IMG/VR virus record: IMGVR_UViG_2038011000_000015
Span: 1 to 64,000 of that record
DNA length: 64,000 nucleotides
Origin: a virus
Lineage: Duplodnaviria > Caudoviricetes
Reading direction: 5' to 3' (one strand)
Shown here: one piece after another, positions 33,501 through 44,800 of the stretch
Layout: every line of letters starts with the position of its first letter
Numbering within the stretch: the first letter of the stretch is position 1
Notes under the pieces: model-generated
Database searches by the model: none
What the model saw: the letters and a program-made list of their open reading frames with translations, nothing else
Told to the model about the DNA's origin: nothing
Position numbers and translations under genes: made by a program

Positions 33501-35249
33501 GTGTCCGAGTTTCGTAGACCCCTCACGAGCGATGATCGCGTATACCTCGATATTGAGGCTAAGGCCGACCTTCACGAGCCGTCTGTGTACGGGCTGCTCT
33601 CGTTCTATCACTCGCTGTCACTGCAACCAGAGGCTTATAGTGGTTTCGTGCCTCTCACGACCGCGCAGTGGTTGCGGCCGGATGAGACGAAGATCTTCGC
33701 GGTGGGTCTTATTCCGCCAGCGATCCCTGTTTCAGCGCGAAAGTTGGATCGTTCAGCTAGCTTGGAGGCTAGGTACGGCGCTTATACCGAGGTGTCCGAG
33801 GTCGCCAACGAAACTACGGAAGCGATTGCATCGGTCCCTGACGTGGAGGAGGTGCAGGGTAACGCAATCAACGACCCGCTGTTCGTCTCGATGGGTCCGA
33901 ACAATTCGTTGGTTGCCCCGAAGCCGCAGGTTGCACAGCGGAGCGCAAAGCTGATCGCGACCCTGCATCCTAGTATTCAAGTGCTCGCTAACAAGCTGAT
34001 CGCATTAGCGGCGCAGCGGGGCATCAGTATCGTGATTTGTCAGGGTGAGCGGACCATTGAGTACCAGGATAAGTTGTACGCGAAGGGGCGTACAGCTCCT
34101 GGAGGGATCGTCACCAACACTAAGGGCGGGCAGTCTTGGCACAACTATGGATTGGCCTTTGATATCGCGATGGTGTCCTCGGGACCAAAGCCTGCGTTAG
34201 GGCAGCCATCGTGGCCGCCAGGTAAAGAGAGATGGGCAGAACTTGGCGCGCTTGGCCAGAGCCTCGGTTTGATCTGGGGCGGGACTTTCTCGAAGATCGC
34301 CGATTATGGACACTTTGAGTACCATCCTGGCATCACAAAGGCTCAGGCTTTGCAGGGTGCACGGCCGCCCATTCCGGATGAGCCCGCGCCGCTAGTTGAC
34401 TCAGCGCTCCCAGCGACCGGTTGGAGCGGAGATGGTGCTCCGGCCGCGCAACAAGCGGCGAGATTAGGGGCGAAGCTTTCGAACAAGGATCTCAATACAA
34501 CCGAGCTGGGCAAGAGCCTTCAAGCGTCGCAAGAATCGACGATCAGGCTGATGCAATCGGCGGTTGACCAGATTGCAAACACGCCTCCCCTGAGAATGTT
34601 GGTCAACCCAAGCTCCTTTAAGGTGTCATCAGAGAAGCTCATCGCGAGCGGTAGTCGAGGTAGGTACGGCTCTATTATTGAGCAATGGGGAGACCAGCAG
34701 GATAAGATTGAAGGTTCAGGGAAGATTGCTGCTTTCTACTCGATAGATGCTTCGAAAAAGACTGGACCGGGGTTGACGCGTAACGCGCGGCAGTTTTCGG
34801 CGAGCTACCAGAACCTGCTCTCGCTGTTTTTGATCTACAAGAACAACGGCGGCGTATGGATGCTAGACCCGTTGGTCTCAGCCAACATCAAGAACCTCAC
34901 TGTAGTTGGCTCGGTGTACTTATACTATGACAACATCCTATACATTGGCTCGTTCGACAGTCTGAGTTTGGATGAGTCGGACGATGGCCCGTTCACCTTG
35001 GACTATTCGTTTTCGTTCACGGTGCGTGCATGGTTTCTGTTGGACCGCTTGGATGACCGACGCTACACGTATCGCGGGGGGTTGTCCTCTACGACGATCG
35101 CAACGACCGGAACGCCGGGCTCACCGTTGCAGAGCGGCCACAATCCACAGCCGAGCGCCGATGTCACTCTACCCAGGGGTAGCGCGCCGGATGACCCGTT
35201 GTTCGGGCTTAATGACGGCGACATCGGTTCTGACCTAGAGGGGATCTGA
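33501..35249 (+). CDS. Tube initiator-like protein (paralogue B) fused to an M15C L-Ala-D-Glu peptidase domain
   Basis: R..Q..LY..GRT..GGQSWHNYGLAFD..WGG..DYGHFE; C-domain paralogous to 32874..33485; SD GGAGG before GTG at 33501. Confidence 0.85.
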   Translation: MSEFRRPLTSDDRVYLDIEAKADLHEPSVYGLLSFYHSLSLQPEAYSGFVPLTTAQWLRPDETKIFAVGLIPPAIPVSARKLDRSASLEARYGAYTEVSEVANETTEAIASVPDVEEVQGNAINDPLFVSMGPNNSLVAPKPQVAQRSAKLIATLHPSIQVLANKLIALAAQRGISIVICQGERTIEYQDKLYAKGRTAPGGIVTNTKGGQSWHNYGLAFDIAMVSSGPKPALGQPSWPPGKERWAELGALGQSLGLIWGGTFSKIADYGHFEYHPGITKAQALQGARPPIPDEPAPLVDSALPATGWSGDGAPAAQQAARLGAKLSNKDLNTTELGKSLQASQESTIRLMQSAVDQIANTPPLRMLVNPSSFKVSSEKLIASGSRGRYGSIIEQWGDQQDKIEGSGKIAAFYSIDASKKTGPGLTRNARQFSASYQNLLSLFLIYKNNGGVWMLDPLVSANIKNLTVVGSVYLYYDNILYIGSFDSLSLDESDDGPFTLDYSFSFTVRAWFLLDRLDDRRYTYRGGLSSTTIATTGTPGSPLQSGHNPQPSADVTLPRGSAPDDPLFGLNDGDIGSDLEGI

Positions 35250-35250
35250 T

Positions 35251-38200
35251 ATGGCACGTGGGCCATTTCAAGGCACGTTCAGCCGAAGTGCGCGCCCTAC
35301 GGTAGCGACCGCCCCGGATGCCGTGGTCTATATCAACGGCGAGACCGAGATTGCCGGTTGTCCGCAGTGCAGCCGGACGTTTGATGTAAACAAGTACGTG
35401 ACGTCAATACAAACCGACCTGAGCGTTGATAGCGTTCCAGGCAGCGCGAACATCTCTTTGTCGATTCCTCGCCACTCGGTGGATGATTTCTATTTCGACG
35501 GCAATCCAGTGATCACGACCATGATGGAGGTCGAGATCTTTGTGAAGGGCAACTACCTGGTTGAGGGGTTACCGCAGTACTATCCGATCTTCTGGGGTCT
35601 TATTACCGAAGTGCAAGACAACTACTCCGGTGGTGAGCACACGGTATCGCTTCACTGTGCCGACATTCTCAAATGGTGGGAGCTGTGTAAGACCAACATT
35701 AATCCTGCCGCGCTCGGCCAGCCGGGTGATCAGGGCCGCAACCTCCTTGGCAACGTGTTTGCTTCCCAGAATGCCTACGACATCATCTTCACGCTTGCGA
35801 CTCAGTCATTCGGCGATGTGTTGGTGGGAACCGGTTCAATCCAAAATCTGATCCGGGATACGGCCGAAACGAGTGCGGCGTTGACTGACATGACACTGTA
35901 CTGGGAACGGCGGTTCTCAAAGATGCGTAGCAACCTTGTGCTGTACGGGACTACGGGTGTTGCCGTGCGTGGTGATACGCTCTTTCAGGGGTACTCGAAG
36001 AATCCAAGCGCAAATCAGTACATCGCTTCTACTACGATTCGTGACGCAGAGGGGTCTCTCGGTGGACAGATGGTCTACGATCCCGCGGACGAGAAGATGA
36101 CCGGCATCAAAGTGGACTACGGCAGTGGAGGGCCTGGTCTACTTCAGCATGAATACCAGACGAAGCTCGAGATCGCGAACGCCATGAAGGAAGCGGTTGG
36201 GTTCGAGTTTTATATGGATTCGACGGGCGACATCGTGTTCAAGCCGCCCTTTTACAATCTGGATGTGTTGGGGAACAAGCCGGTTTCATGGATTCAAGAT
36301 ATTGATGTGATCGATTGGGATTTTTCTGAGTCGGAGTCCGAAGTCGTCACACAACTTGTGATGGAGGGGCAGTACAGTACGCAGACGGCACTTTCGTTGG
36401 ATCCTAGCGTTCTGCCGAAGGCCACAGTGACTGACTATCACCTGCTGCGGAAGTACGGTTGGCGGGTCCAGAGCTACAACGCTGAGTTCGCCACCAACCC
36501 TATTGAGTTGTTCTACCACGGGTTAGATGTTCTTGATCGCATCAACGCGAGACGCTATCGAGGCAACGTGACGATCCCGATCCGTCCGGAGTTGCGCCTC
36601 GGCTTTCCTGTGTACGTCGCACCCAAGGACGAGATTTGGTATGTGTCTGGTATAAGCCACAGCCTCAGCTTCGGCGGCAGGGCAACCACTACGCTGCAGC
36701 TGACCAGTAGGCGTACGAAGTTCATTGCCCCGAAAGGTATTGGGACGTTGAAGCTTGCGAGCTACGGCGGTAAGGATGTCACCGAGACCAGTAGGGATGG
36801 GGGTCCCGCGGCATTTCCGTACAGCTCACGGCAGTTATCAAACTACGGTGTGTTTGAGTTGAAGCGTGACGGCGCGCTTGAGATTCCAGGGAGCCAATCT
36901 GAGTTCGAGTCAGTGGGCGCCGCAAACCCAGTTCAGCCGTTGATCTTGCGGCACCCGAAGACAGGCCGGATCGTGGGGTACCCGAATGTGGTGATGGTCT
37001 ACTCACGACCTTTCGATGCTAGCGATGTCAATGCCGTCATTGGGCAGCAAACAAATCAGGAAGCTATCGCGCGCTTACCCCAGGAAGGGCAGGCGGCTGC
37101 AAAGCGGAACCGAGAGATTCTAGAGGGTAAGCAGCGCGAGCAGTTGACGCCTGGTAAGGATTCCGAGATTCGCGGTAAGTACACCTACCAAGCATATCAG
37201 TACGGAATGAACGCCGCCGGTGTCTTCATCTACGCTTATGATGCTAGCAAGGTGATACGCGAGGCCGTGGCCGTAAAGACGGCAAACGTAACGCCGCAAG
37301 CTGAAGCGACTGCAAGCTTGAAGGAGCCTCATACCTTTATACGGCCAGTCAGTGATGAGCGCGGATTCGAGCTGATCGGGCACTACCGATACGGGCGCCG
37401 TGTTTCGTTGCGGGATGGGCGACTCATCATCAACAAGCCGGGGGAGAAAGCCAAGGTTGACGTTCAGCTGGCACTGTCCGGTGATCTGAGCAGCATGCTG
37501 GCAGCGCAGTCCCAGGGGCTCACGACGGTGGTTACTGGATATGCCGATCCCGCGGCCGAGTTGGCAGAGATGTCTCCCGAGGAAGGCCAAACCGCCGCTG
37601 TGCTACCGGGAGTTGAGAACAGCCCAAACAAGAAATCGGCTGCGTTCACTAGCGTTGGTGATGAGTTTGTTGACGAGGCGCCGCTCGGTTCGGTGGAGCA
37701 ACGCGGTGTGATGCGAGATGTGGAGGCGTCGCAACTGTCGAGGGCTCTTACGTTGGCCGAAATGTCCGTCTTGGATAACACCATAGTGCGAAACGAGGAT
37801 TGTGCGTGCATCACCGGTCGAGCTGACCTTGCATTCATGGCTTCCGGTTATCAGGTGGAATCGCTCAATGCATCGTCTGTAGACTTGGGGGCTCTTGGGG
37901 ATCGTCTGCAGTACGGCACCACAGTTGGCGCACAGGTGAAGGAGCGGGAGCGCGAATATGCCGAGTTGTTGGGGCAGGCTGAGGCGCTCGGGGAATCTGC
38001 AAGGGTTGAACGGCTCGACGAAGGGGAGATCAATGCTTCCAAAGCGTCACAGAGGGATCTCGACGTCAAGCTGGCCGCGAGTGCACAGCAGTTGGCTGAT
38101 GCACGTCAAAAGTATGCACAAGAAACTGGGGGACCCATACAGGTGGTGTCGGATGACGCTCTTGATGAACGTGTAACGGCCCTTCAGATCGCATTGAATG

Positions 38201-39141
38201 CTGAAAGGGCTCGTTTAGCCGAGCTGCAGAAGGAGGCTCCGCAGGCGAAAGGCGAGACGTGGGTTAGGGAGAGGATTGGCGTATTAGAGGCATCCATCAA
38301 GAGTGCTAATGCGCGCATCAACTCCTTGACGGAAGCACAGATCGCCGAGCCAGAACAGCAACAACAGCTGGATGAAGAGTTGGCGGATGTGATGCAAAGC
38401 TTGAAGGCTGCCGAAAAGGAGCTGGAGCATCTCCGTAGCACTGCGTCGCAGGAGATGAATCAGGTTGCCTCCAAGCGGGCTGAACAAAATGTTGCTTCGT
38501 TGGAAAAACAGCTGCGGGCAGCGCAGGCGGAAGTGAAAGCTCATCGGTCGAGTCGGAGCGCGTCTTCGGGCTCGATCTTCAATTTTACGAATGCGCAGAT
38601 CGTTTCGAAGGTCGAGTCTTTCTTGTACAAGCTGTACCGATCGCTAGACGACGCACACCAGGAGTTCGAGAAATCGATACGCGGTGAGCGTATGGACACC
38701 ACCAATGTGTCCTTCAAAGACATCCATCAGCCAGGTGTTTCGGTCGCGAAGCAGAGCGCAGGAAGTACCTATGGCCCGGACGTTGCCCCGGTGTCGGAGT
38801 TTGCTCCACCGTTTTCTGCCCCTGGGCGCTATCAACTCGGCGATCCCAATGCTTCGGTGGGTGTGATCGATACGACTCGAAGCGATGTGGCGAAAGCGTG
38901 GAGCGATTTCTCGCGCAACCTGCAGCAAAACACTCGCACCCGAGCATTGACGACACAGATAGGCCAAGATCGCGCGAGTATCGCCCGATTGACCGCGGCT
39001 CGGGATCTGCTGATCAAGCAGCGAGACTCTGCCGCGGTCGTAGGCGATATTCAAAAGCAGATTGATTCAATGAGCACGCAGATCGCGCACCTTGAACGTC
39101 AGGTGTCAGAGAACCAAGGAAAGCTGAGTGAGGGCAGATAG
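35251..39141 (+). CDS. Baseplate hub protein with long coiled-coil extensions
   Basis: PIFWGLITEV, FEFYMDSTGDIVFKPP and RPELRLGFPVY..WYVSGISH hub-fold patterns; heptad-rich C-terminal third. Confidence 0.75.
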   Translation: MARGPFQGTFSRSARPTVATAPDAVVYINGETEIAGCPQCSRTFDVNKYVTSIQTDLSVDSVPGSANISLSIPRHSVDDFYFDGNPVITTMMEVEIFVKGNYLVEGLPQYYPIFWGLITEVQDNYSGGEHTVSLHCADILKWWELCKTNINPAALGQPGDQGRNLLGNVFASQNAYDIIFTLATQSFGDVLVGTGSIQNLIRDTAETSAALTDMTLYWERRFSKMRSNLVLYGTTGVAVRGDTLFQGYSKNPSANQYIASTTIRDAEGSLGGQMVYDPADEKMTGIKVDYGSGGPGLLQHEYQTKLEIANAMKEAVGFEFYMDSTGDIVFKPPFYNLDVLGNKPVSWIQDIDVIDWDFSESESEVVTQLVMEGQYSTQTALSLDPSVLPKATVTDYHLLRKYGWRVQSYNAEFATNPIELFYHGLDVLDRINARRYRGNVTIPIRPELRLGFPVYVAPKDEIWYVSGISHSLSFGGRATTTLQLTSRRTKFIAPKGIGTLKLASYGGKDVTETSRDGGPAAFPYSSRQLSNYGVFELKRDGALEIPGSQSEFESVGAANPVQPLILRHPKTGRIVGYPNVVMVYSRPFDASDVNAVIGQQTNQEAIARLPQEGQAAAKRNREILEGKQREQLTPGKDSEIRGKYTYQAYQYGMNAAGVFIYAYDASKVIREAVAVKTANVTPQAEATASLKEPHTFIRPVSDERGFELIGHYRYGRRVSLRDGRLIINKPGEKAKVDVQLALSGDLSSMLAAQSQGLTTVVTGYADPAAELAEMSPEEGQTAAVLPGVENSPNKKSAAFTSVGDEFVDEAPLGSVEQRGVMRDVEASQLSRALTLAEMSVLDNTIVRNEDCACITGRADLAFMASGYQVESLNASSVDLGALGDRLQYGTTVGAQVKEREREYAELLGQAEALGESARVERLDEGEINASKASQRDLDVKLAASAQQLADARQKYAQETGGPIQVVSDDALDERVTALQIALNAERARLAELQKEAPQAKGETWVRERIGVLEASIKSANARINSLTEAQIAEPEQQQQLDEELADVMQSLKAAEKELEHLRSTASQEMNQVASKRAEQNVASLEKQLRAAQAEVKAHRSSRSASSGSIFNFTNAQIVSKVESFLYKLYRSLDDAHQEFEKSIRGERMDTTNVSFKDIHQPGVSVAKQSAGSTYGPDVAPVSEFAPPFSAPGRYQLGDPNASVGVIDTTRSDVAKAWSDFSRNLQQNTRTRALTTQIGQDRASIARLTAARDLLIKQRDSAAVVGDIQKQIDSMSTQIAHLERQVSENQGKLSEGR

Positions 39142-39143
39142 CT

Positions 39144-40349
39144 GTGTCTGACTTCTTTCCAAAGAACCCGTCAGGGTATGTTCCGGGTGCGGAGTTCGTA
39201 GACACGGGGGCGCCTTACGGTATCAAGCTCGGGATTATCACGCGCGTTGATGAGCTAGAGCTGAAGTGTGACATCAAGATCGTTACCGGCGGTGGGCAGC
39301 GTTTCGAGGTTGATCTTACGCAGGCTATGTCCGGGCCGCGTAGTTTCTGGGGAGGCATCCCTGAGGTCAACTCGTTCGTGATCATCGGTTACCGGCGTAA
39401 GCACAAGCAGCTGCATGAGGCTGTTATCTTGGGTTACCTCGGCAGTGGGAAGATGAGCGGGCTCCGATTTGACCCTGTGATGGCTTCCGATCCGCAGCGC
39501 ATCGACCCGGAGGATGCCAGCGACTACCGAAAGCTCATTGGCCCACAGGTGCGCTACAAGCGACTGAAGCTCGGCGTGGGCGACGTGGGCGGGATGTCAT
39601 CGGCTGGGTCTGAGTTTGTTCTCTCTACCGACGTGCGGATGACCAATCGCGGGGGTGACTTCCTGGAGCTGCGCGATGCTGAGCGATCTTTGGTCTCGCA
39701 AACCATACATCGCATCGATAGCGAGGCGGGGATTCTGCGGTTATCGGGGCCGGCACGGCGGTCGGGGCTCTACTTGCCACCAGACATTTTTTCGGAGGGT
39801 AACAACATCAAAAGTACCGACCAGGGGTACTTCGGCGGCGAGCTGCTCAAGCGTTTCACCCAAGGCGACAGTGTTCTCTACGATGCGTTCAACAACACTG
39901 CCAACTTTCCCCCTGTGACGCTGGCGAATGGAAGGCAGGTTCACTACCCATCCACAATGCCCGCCGTGAACTTCGAAGATCCCCAGGATGGTGCTGGGGC
40001 AGAGCCCTACACGGAGGATCGCGTTGAGATGGCTCATACGACCGACCTTGTGCAGGAGGTCCGTGAAGAGATCGATGGTTTTCACATGGATCGCCGTCCG
40101 ATCTATATCGAGCGAGTCATGGGTACGCTCATCGGCAATGACACGTCATCCAGCATGGGTTTGCAGCAGTATGGGCAGCTTTTGCGGCCAAAGATTTTTG
40201 ATGAGTTTCAGTCGACCAGCAAAGCGAGTTTCAGCACAGAGGTTGTTGCGCGCTCTCCATTCGATGACAGTGAGGCGTACACAACGGCGGGCGCTTATTT
40301 GCTACGCATCAATCCTCCCCCCGGTCCGCTGGGCGTAGTACCGACTTGA
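39144..40349 (+). CDS. Baseplate spike (gp5/gpV-like), N-terminal OB-fold part
   Basis: GIITRVD..GGIPEVNSFVIIGY..AVILGYL OB-fold signature. Confidence 0.65.
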   Translation: MSDFFPKNPSGYVPGAEFVDTGAPYGIKLGIITRVDELELKCDIKIVTGGGQRFEVDLTQAMSGPRSFWGGIPEVNSFVIIGYRRKHKQLHEAVILGYLGSGKMSGLRFDPVMASDPQRIDPEDASDYRKLIGPQVRYKRLKLGVGDVGGMSSAGSEFVLSTDVRMTNRGGDFLELRDAERSLVSQTIHRIDSEAGILRLSGPARRSGLYLPPDIFSEGNNIKSTDQGYFGGELLKRFTQGDSVLYDAFNNTANFPPVTLANGRQVHYPSTMPAVNFEDPQDGAGAEPYTEDRVEMAHTTDLVQEVREEIDGFHMDRRPIYIERVMGTLIGNDTSSSMGLQQYGQLLRPKIFDEFQSTSKASFSTEVVARSPFDDSEAYTTAGAYLLRINPPPGPLGVVPT

Positions 40350-41299
40350 GTGCGTTTGCGATGGCGGTGTCCAAGCAGGGTAAGCTGTTTTTGAATGTGC
40401 CGGGGTCCAAGGTCGAAAAGTATCCCTCGGGCACCAAGAACGTGTCTGCAGAGATCAACATGGAAGGGGCTTTGAAGGCGCGGATCGGCGCGTCTAAGCC
40501 GGACAACATCGCGCTTCACTTGACCCTTGAGGGGGGCGCGGTCTTTGACTTCCGTGGGGGCGCGTCGGGCGCAGGGTTGCAGTTTCGGACGCATTCATCG
40601 TATGTGGTTGAGGCGCAAGGGGTGCCTAACAACAACAACGTAGCGTATGCGGAGAAACTTCAGGGGGCGCGGACCTCTCATACCATGGCTAACAGTGACG
40701 AGATCGTCGAAGGAGCCAAGGCCACCAACGTCAGTGGCGCATACGCGATGCTCGCGGACCGCATGAGCATCAACGCGCACTCAGGATACGCGTTGAACGC
40801 GGGCGGCATCGACGTGCTCAGTTCGGGCAAAAGCCAGTACCAGTACGCGCAGGAAGTTGTCGAGACGATTGTTACCGGTGGCCGGAGCACTACGATCCTT
40901 GCTGGTGGTGTAGACGAGACTGCGGTGGTGGGTGATTGGTCTACGACCGTCCTCGGTGGTTCGATGTCCACGACGGTGGCCGCTGGTGGCTACAAGGTGT
41001 CGGTTGCCTCGGGGGCTGTGACCATTACGTCTGCCGCGGGGGGCGTTACGATGTCGTCTGCCGCGGGTGCGGTTACGTTGTCCGCGGGGCTAGCGGTATC
41101 GGTTACCGCGGGGACAACCATGAATCTCAGTGCCCCAACGTCCGTTACGCTCACGAGCGCGCAGGTTATGGTGGGAGGGCCCAGCGCTTCCCTTGGGGTG
41201 TGCCGTGGCGTTCCGATGATGCCCCCAGGCGCTCAAAGCCTTGACTACATCACCGGACTTCCCCTGCAAGGCTCAGCCACCTTCCGATCAATGCTCTGA
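40346..41299 (+). CDS. Baseplate spike, C-terminal beta-helix part (possibly one gene with 39144..40349)
   Basis: Repeats such as VTITSAAGG/VTMSSAAGA/VTLSAGLA; weak TTG start without an SD. Confidence 0.65.
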   Translation: MSAFAMAVSKQGKLFLNVPGSKVEKYPSGTKNVSAEINMEGALKARIGASKPDNIALHLTLEGGAVFDFRGGASGAGLQFRTHSSYVVEAQGVPNNNNVAYAEKLQGARTSHTMANSDEIVEGAKATNVSGAYAMLADRMSINAHSGYALNAGGIDVLSSGKSQYQYAQEVVETIVTGGRSTTILAGGVDETAVVGDWSTTVLGGSMSTTVAAGGYKVSVASGAVTITSAAGGVTMSSAAGAVTLSAGLAVSVTAGTTMNLSAPTSVTLTSAQVMVGGPSASLGVCRGVPMMPPGAQSLDYITGLPLQGSATFRSML

Positions 41300-41880
41300 T
41301 GCCTCTCAACCCCTCAGCGTTGGCCTCTGGGTTTATCGCGCCGAACTTGATCGGTACCGGCAACCTCGGAACCGGGGTGCCGAACTTGTCGCTCGGTGTA
41401 GCGATCGGTGTTTGTCAGTTTCTGACCGTTCAGAGCAAGGTCATGACCATTGATGCTGGAACGGTAGGGGCGGGGACTAGCATCATTCCATTGATCGTTC
41501 CGAGCCCTTTGGTGCTGAATGCTTTGACGAATTCCTTTGGATCGGTGGGGATGCTGGGGATGATGGCTCCTAAGTTCATTGTGGGGTTGGGAACGGGACT
41601 CACCACGGGATGGCTTTCATTGGCGCTTCTGCAATCAATTCATCCATCGGTTGGGGTGGGCGCTGGTGTAGCGAGAATCGTTGGGCCATCGGCGGTCCCG
41701 GCAATGATCGCAGGTTTCTCTGCCGCAGGGATGATCGGGGATGGCCCAGTGAGGTTTGCTCGCGCGATCGGGGCAGCTCTGGATTCGACTTTTGCATCGT
41801 TTGTGCAGGTAGGAGTACCGATCGTGGGCGCGCCTGCGCCGGCAGCTAGCTCTGGAACTGGATTCGGAAATGTGATCTGA
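41299..41880 (+). CDS. Gly-rich protein following the spike (putative spike tip or accessory)
   Basis: TGATG coupling on both sides; two internally similar Gly-rich halves. Confidence 0.65.
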   Translation: MPLNPSALASGFIAPNLIGTGNLGTGVPNLSLGVAIGVCQFLTVQSKVMTIDAGTVGAGTSIIPLIVPSPLVLNALTNSFGSVGMLGMMAPKFIVGLGTGLTTGWLSLALLQSIHPSVGVGAGVARIVGPSAVPAMIAGFSAAGMIGDGPVRFARAIGAALDSTFASFVQVGVPIVGAPAPAASSGTGFGNVI

Positions 41881-44800
41881 TGAGTTTGATCTCGGGATAC
41901 GTTGTTGAGCCGATTCGTGTAGGGCAATCCAATGGGACCTTTACGCAGACGCCCGACGTTTACGTAGCGAACGAGACTGCCTTCAATACCGCCTATCCGG
42001 AAGACGAAACAGCGCCGCGTACCGATTATCTGGTGATGGTGACCTCTGAGGGGACCACTCGTCCAGGGCTTTTGGAGTTTGCGCGTTTTGGCTTCACCAA
42101 GAATGAGATCATCGATCGCTTTGCCTATGATGCTCAGCTCGGCGCTTTTGTGCCGTTGAAGGGTTCAGCGCCTATCGAAGTTGGCGTGTTGGCCGCAGAT
42201 GTGAATGACAATAGGCTCCGTGTACGGCCGCCAGTGCAAGCAACCTCGGTAGCGTCCGCCCCGTACCGGCTCGCCGTTGGTTCTACAGGGAGTGGTATCG
42301 CTTGGTCTGTGGTGGTGGTGGCTACTGATGCCGATTTCAGCACTCCGGCGAGTCTGCCGACGCGGACTGTGCAGCTGTCCATGGAGACGGGCAACCTCAA
42401 CTGGCGAACCAGCGATGTAACGACAACCTACGCGGGTGAACGAGTTCGGTTTCAGCAGCAGCAGTTCTTTACCAGCAAAGAGTCTACGGGGCGGCTTGGA
42501 TTCGCGCCTATCTCGGTAGCAGAACCGGCATTGATCTTGAACCCGTTGCCCGGTCCAGGACAATACCCTCGAATCCGTTTTGGCTACGGCTTTTATCTCA
42601 CGCCTGCGGAGGTAACTTCGTTCACGTCGAATCCTGCAGCCGGTACTGTGCAGTGGATTCGAGGTACCGGTGAGCTGAAGTTTAATCTCGCGGATGCAAC
42701 GGCAAACATTGGAACGCCCGTGTACTACGATGGCGTTTTGTTCGCGAACAACCTGTCGTTGCCGTCTCAATCTCTCGGGATGGTGCCGGCTTCAAACGGG
42801 CCGATGCCGACCACGATCACGGGTCTTCCCTCCACGAGCGGGTACGACCTGATCTTTCGTGTGGAAGGAAGCAGCCCCTACTATCGCTTCCCAACGGTTA
42901 CGTATCGGCAAGAAAGTCAATTTGATTCGAAGGGCAAGCGCGGTGAGGTGCAAGTTGATCCTACGACGGGCAAGGTGCGCCTGGCGAACGCTGACCGAGG
43001 CAAGTTTGTTGGGAAGACCGTTACACTCTTTATCGCTGACTTGCCGATCGAGCGCGGTATCTCGGTACGGTTTCTACGAAACCCAGTGAACCTGGATGGG
43101 TCGCTGGCCCTCAAGGATGTGACGGCTGTGTATTCGGTGCAGGGTGCGACGTGGGCTGACCCGATCATCGCCTCTCCTCAGGTGAGCTTGCCATCATTGC
43201 CCATTGAGGCGGCCGCGTATCCGACGACGGTGCATGTCGTGCAGGGCCAAGGTTCCTACGTCAACAACGCCTTTCCAGATCTGACCGTCTCCCCTCAAGA
43301 AGGCCTCGGATACTTCATTGACTACGATTCGGCAACCATGTTCTTTGCGCAACGCAAAGAAGACGTAATTGTGTCGTTGGGTATGACCTCCGACGTTGTG
43401 CTCCCTGATCCATTGCTCGTGTCGAGTCATCTGGTAATCGAGCGAGGCTCGGGTAGCAGCTATCAGTTGCTTGTTGTGGGGGATGATGTTTTGGTTGACA
43501 CAACCAGCGGGGTTGTATCGTTGGCTTCAACCAACGCTGCCCTGGTCGCCGGAACAGCTTCGATCGTCGGATCCACTCTGACGGATCCACAAGCGATGTT
43601 CATTACCGGTGGTGTTCGCGCTGGTCAATTGGTTGTGTTGACTGGGCGTGGCTCGCTGTACTCGGTGGTCTCGGATCCGGTCACGGAAACCGCGGTCGAG
43701 CTGCACCCTCAGCCAGAGCCTGGAAGCAAACTCGCCTACACGATCTACGAAGATCGCGAAGTCCTGGCGGATCGATACTTTGATGAGGTAGTGCTGGTTG
43801 ACCCCTCCACAAAGGTTGAGCGCGTCTACGAGGGAGTCGCACGGACATTGACTCCCAAGGTGGATTACCAGTTGCAAGCTGAGTTGGGCTTGGTTCAGTT
43901 CAGTGATCGGCTGTTAACTGGCGAGCAAGCACGCATCACCTATACGGTGAAGCCTCCCTACACGATGCCTGCAACGGAGCCGGGTGGTCCGGTCACCGAA
44001 TATGCTCGCTTTCTGATTCGCAAGGAGGTCACGCTCGAGCACCCATTGCCCACGTCCACGCTGAAGTTCAATCCTGCAGGACTGATCGTCGCTTCGGAGC
44101 CAGCGCCCGCGGTCTTTCGCGGGGGGCGGCCGCAAAAGCTCGGCGTTCAGTGTACCGTTGATACCGAGGCGTCTGAGATCACGTTTCTGGATGATGGGCA
44201 GCTTACGGATGCGTTGCCGCACGGCGCGGTGGTCAATCCCAATGAGCGCGTGTACATCGATTACTACGTCACCCAAGCTGTCGGCGGGGAAAAGACCTTT
44301 ACAGTGCTCCAGCCGCCGCTGTTGACTTCGCCGGTTACGATAAAAGAGCTGACCAATGAGTTCGTTGTTCGCGGGGATCAAACAGCGAGATTTCCTAGCC
44401 AGCATCTTCTACGCATAGAGAGCGAGCAGATCTACCTGATCGGCAGCTCTTCTTATGCTGCTGATGCGGATGAGACAACGGTACGGCTCTACGACAGCGG
44501 CACCAATCCCGATGGCTTTAGTCAGAGCTTTTCGGACGCCTACAGTGACCCAAAGCTCTATGTGTCCTCAGGACCTACTCCGATAGTCCCAGCGCCACTT
44601 AGCCCGGCGTATTTCGTTGCTGAGCTTAGTGTGTATGAGCCGATCGCGCGGGGCAGCAACACCTTCTGGATTTCGGGCGATCAAGCTTCTTCGTATCGCA
44701 TCGGGACGGTTGTCTTGTTTACCAACGCGCTGGGAACCTTCACCGACTTTCAGCAGGTGACAGGCGTTGCCTACGACGTCGGTACAGGCCGGACCAAGGT

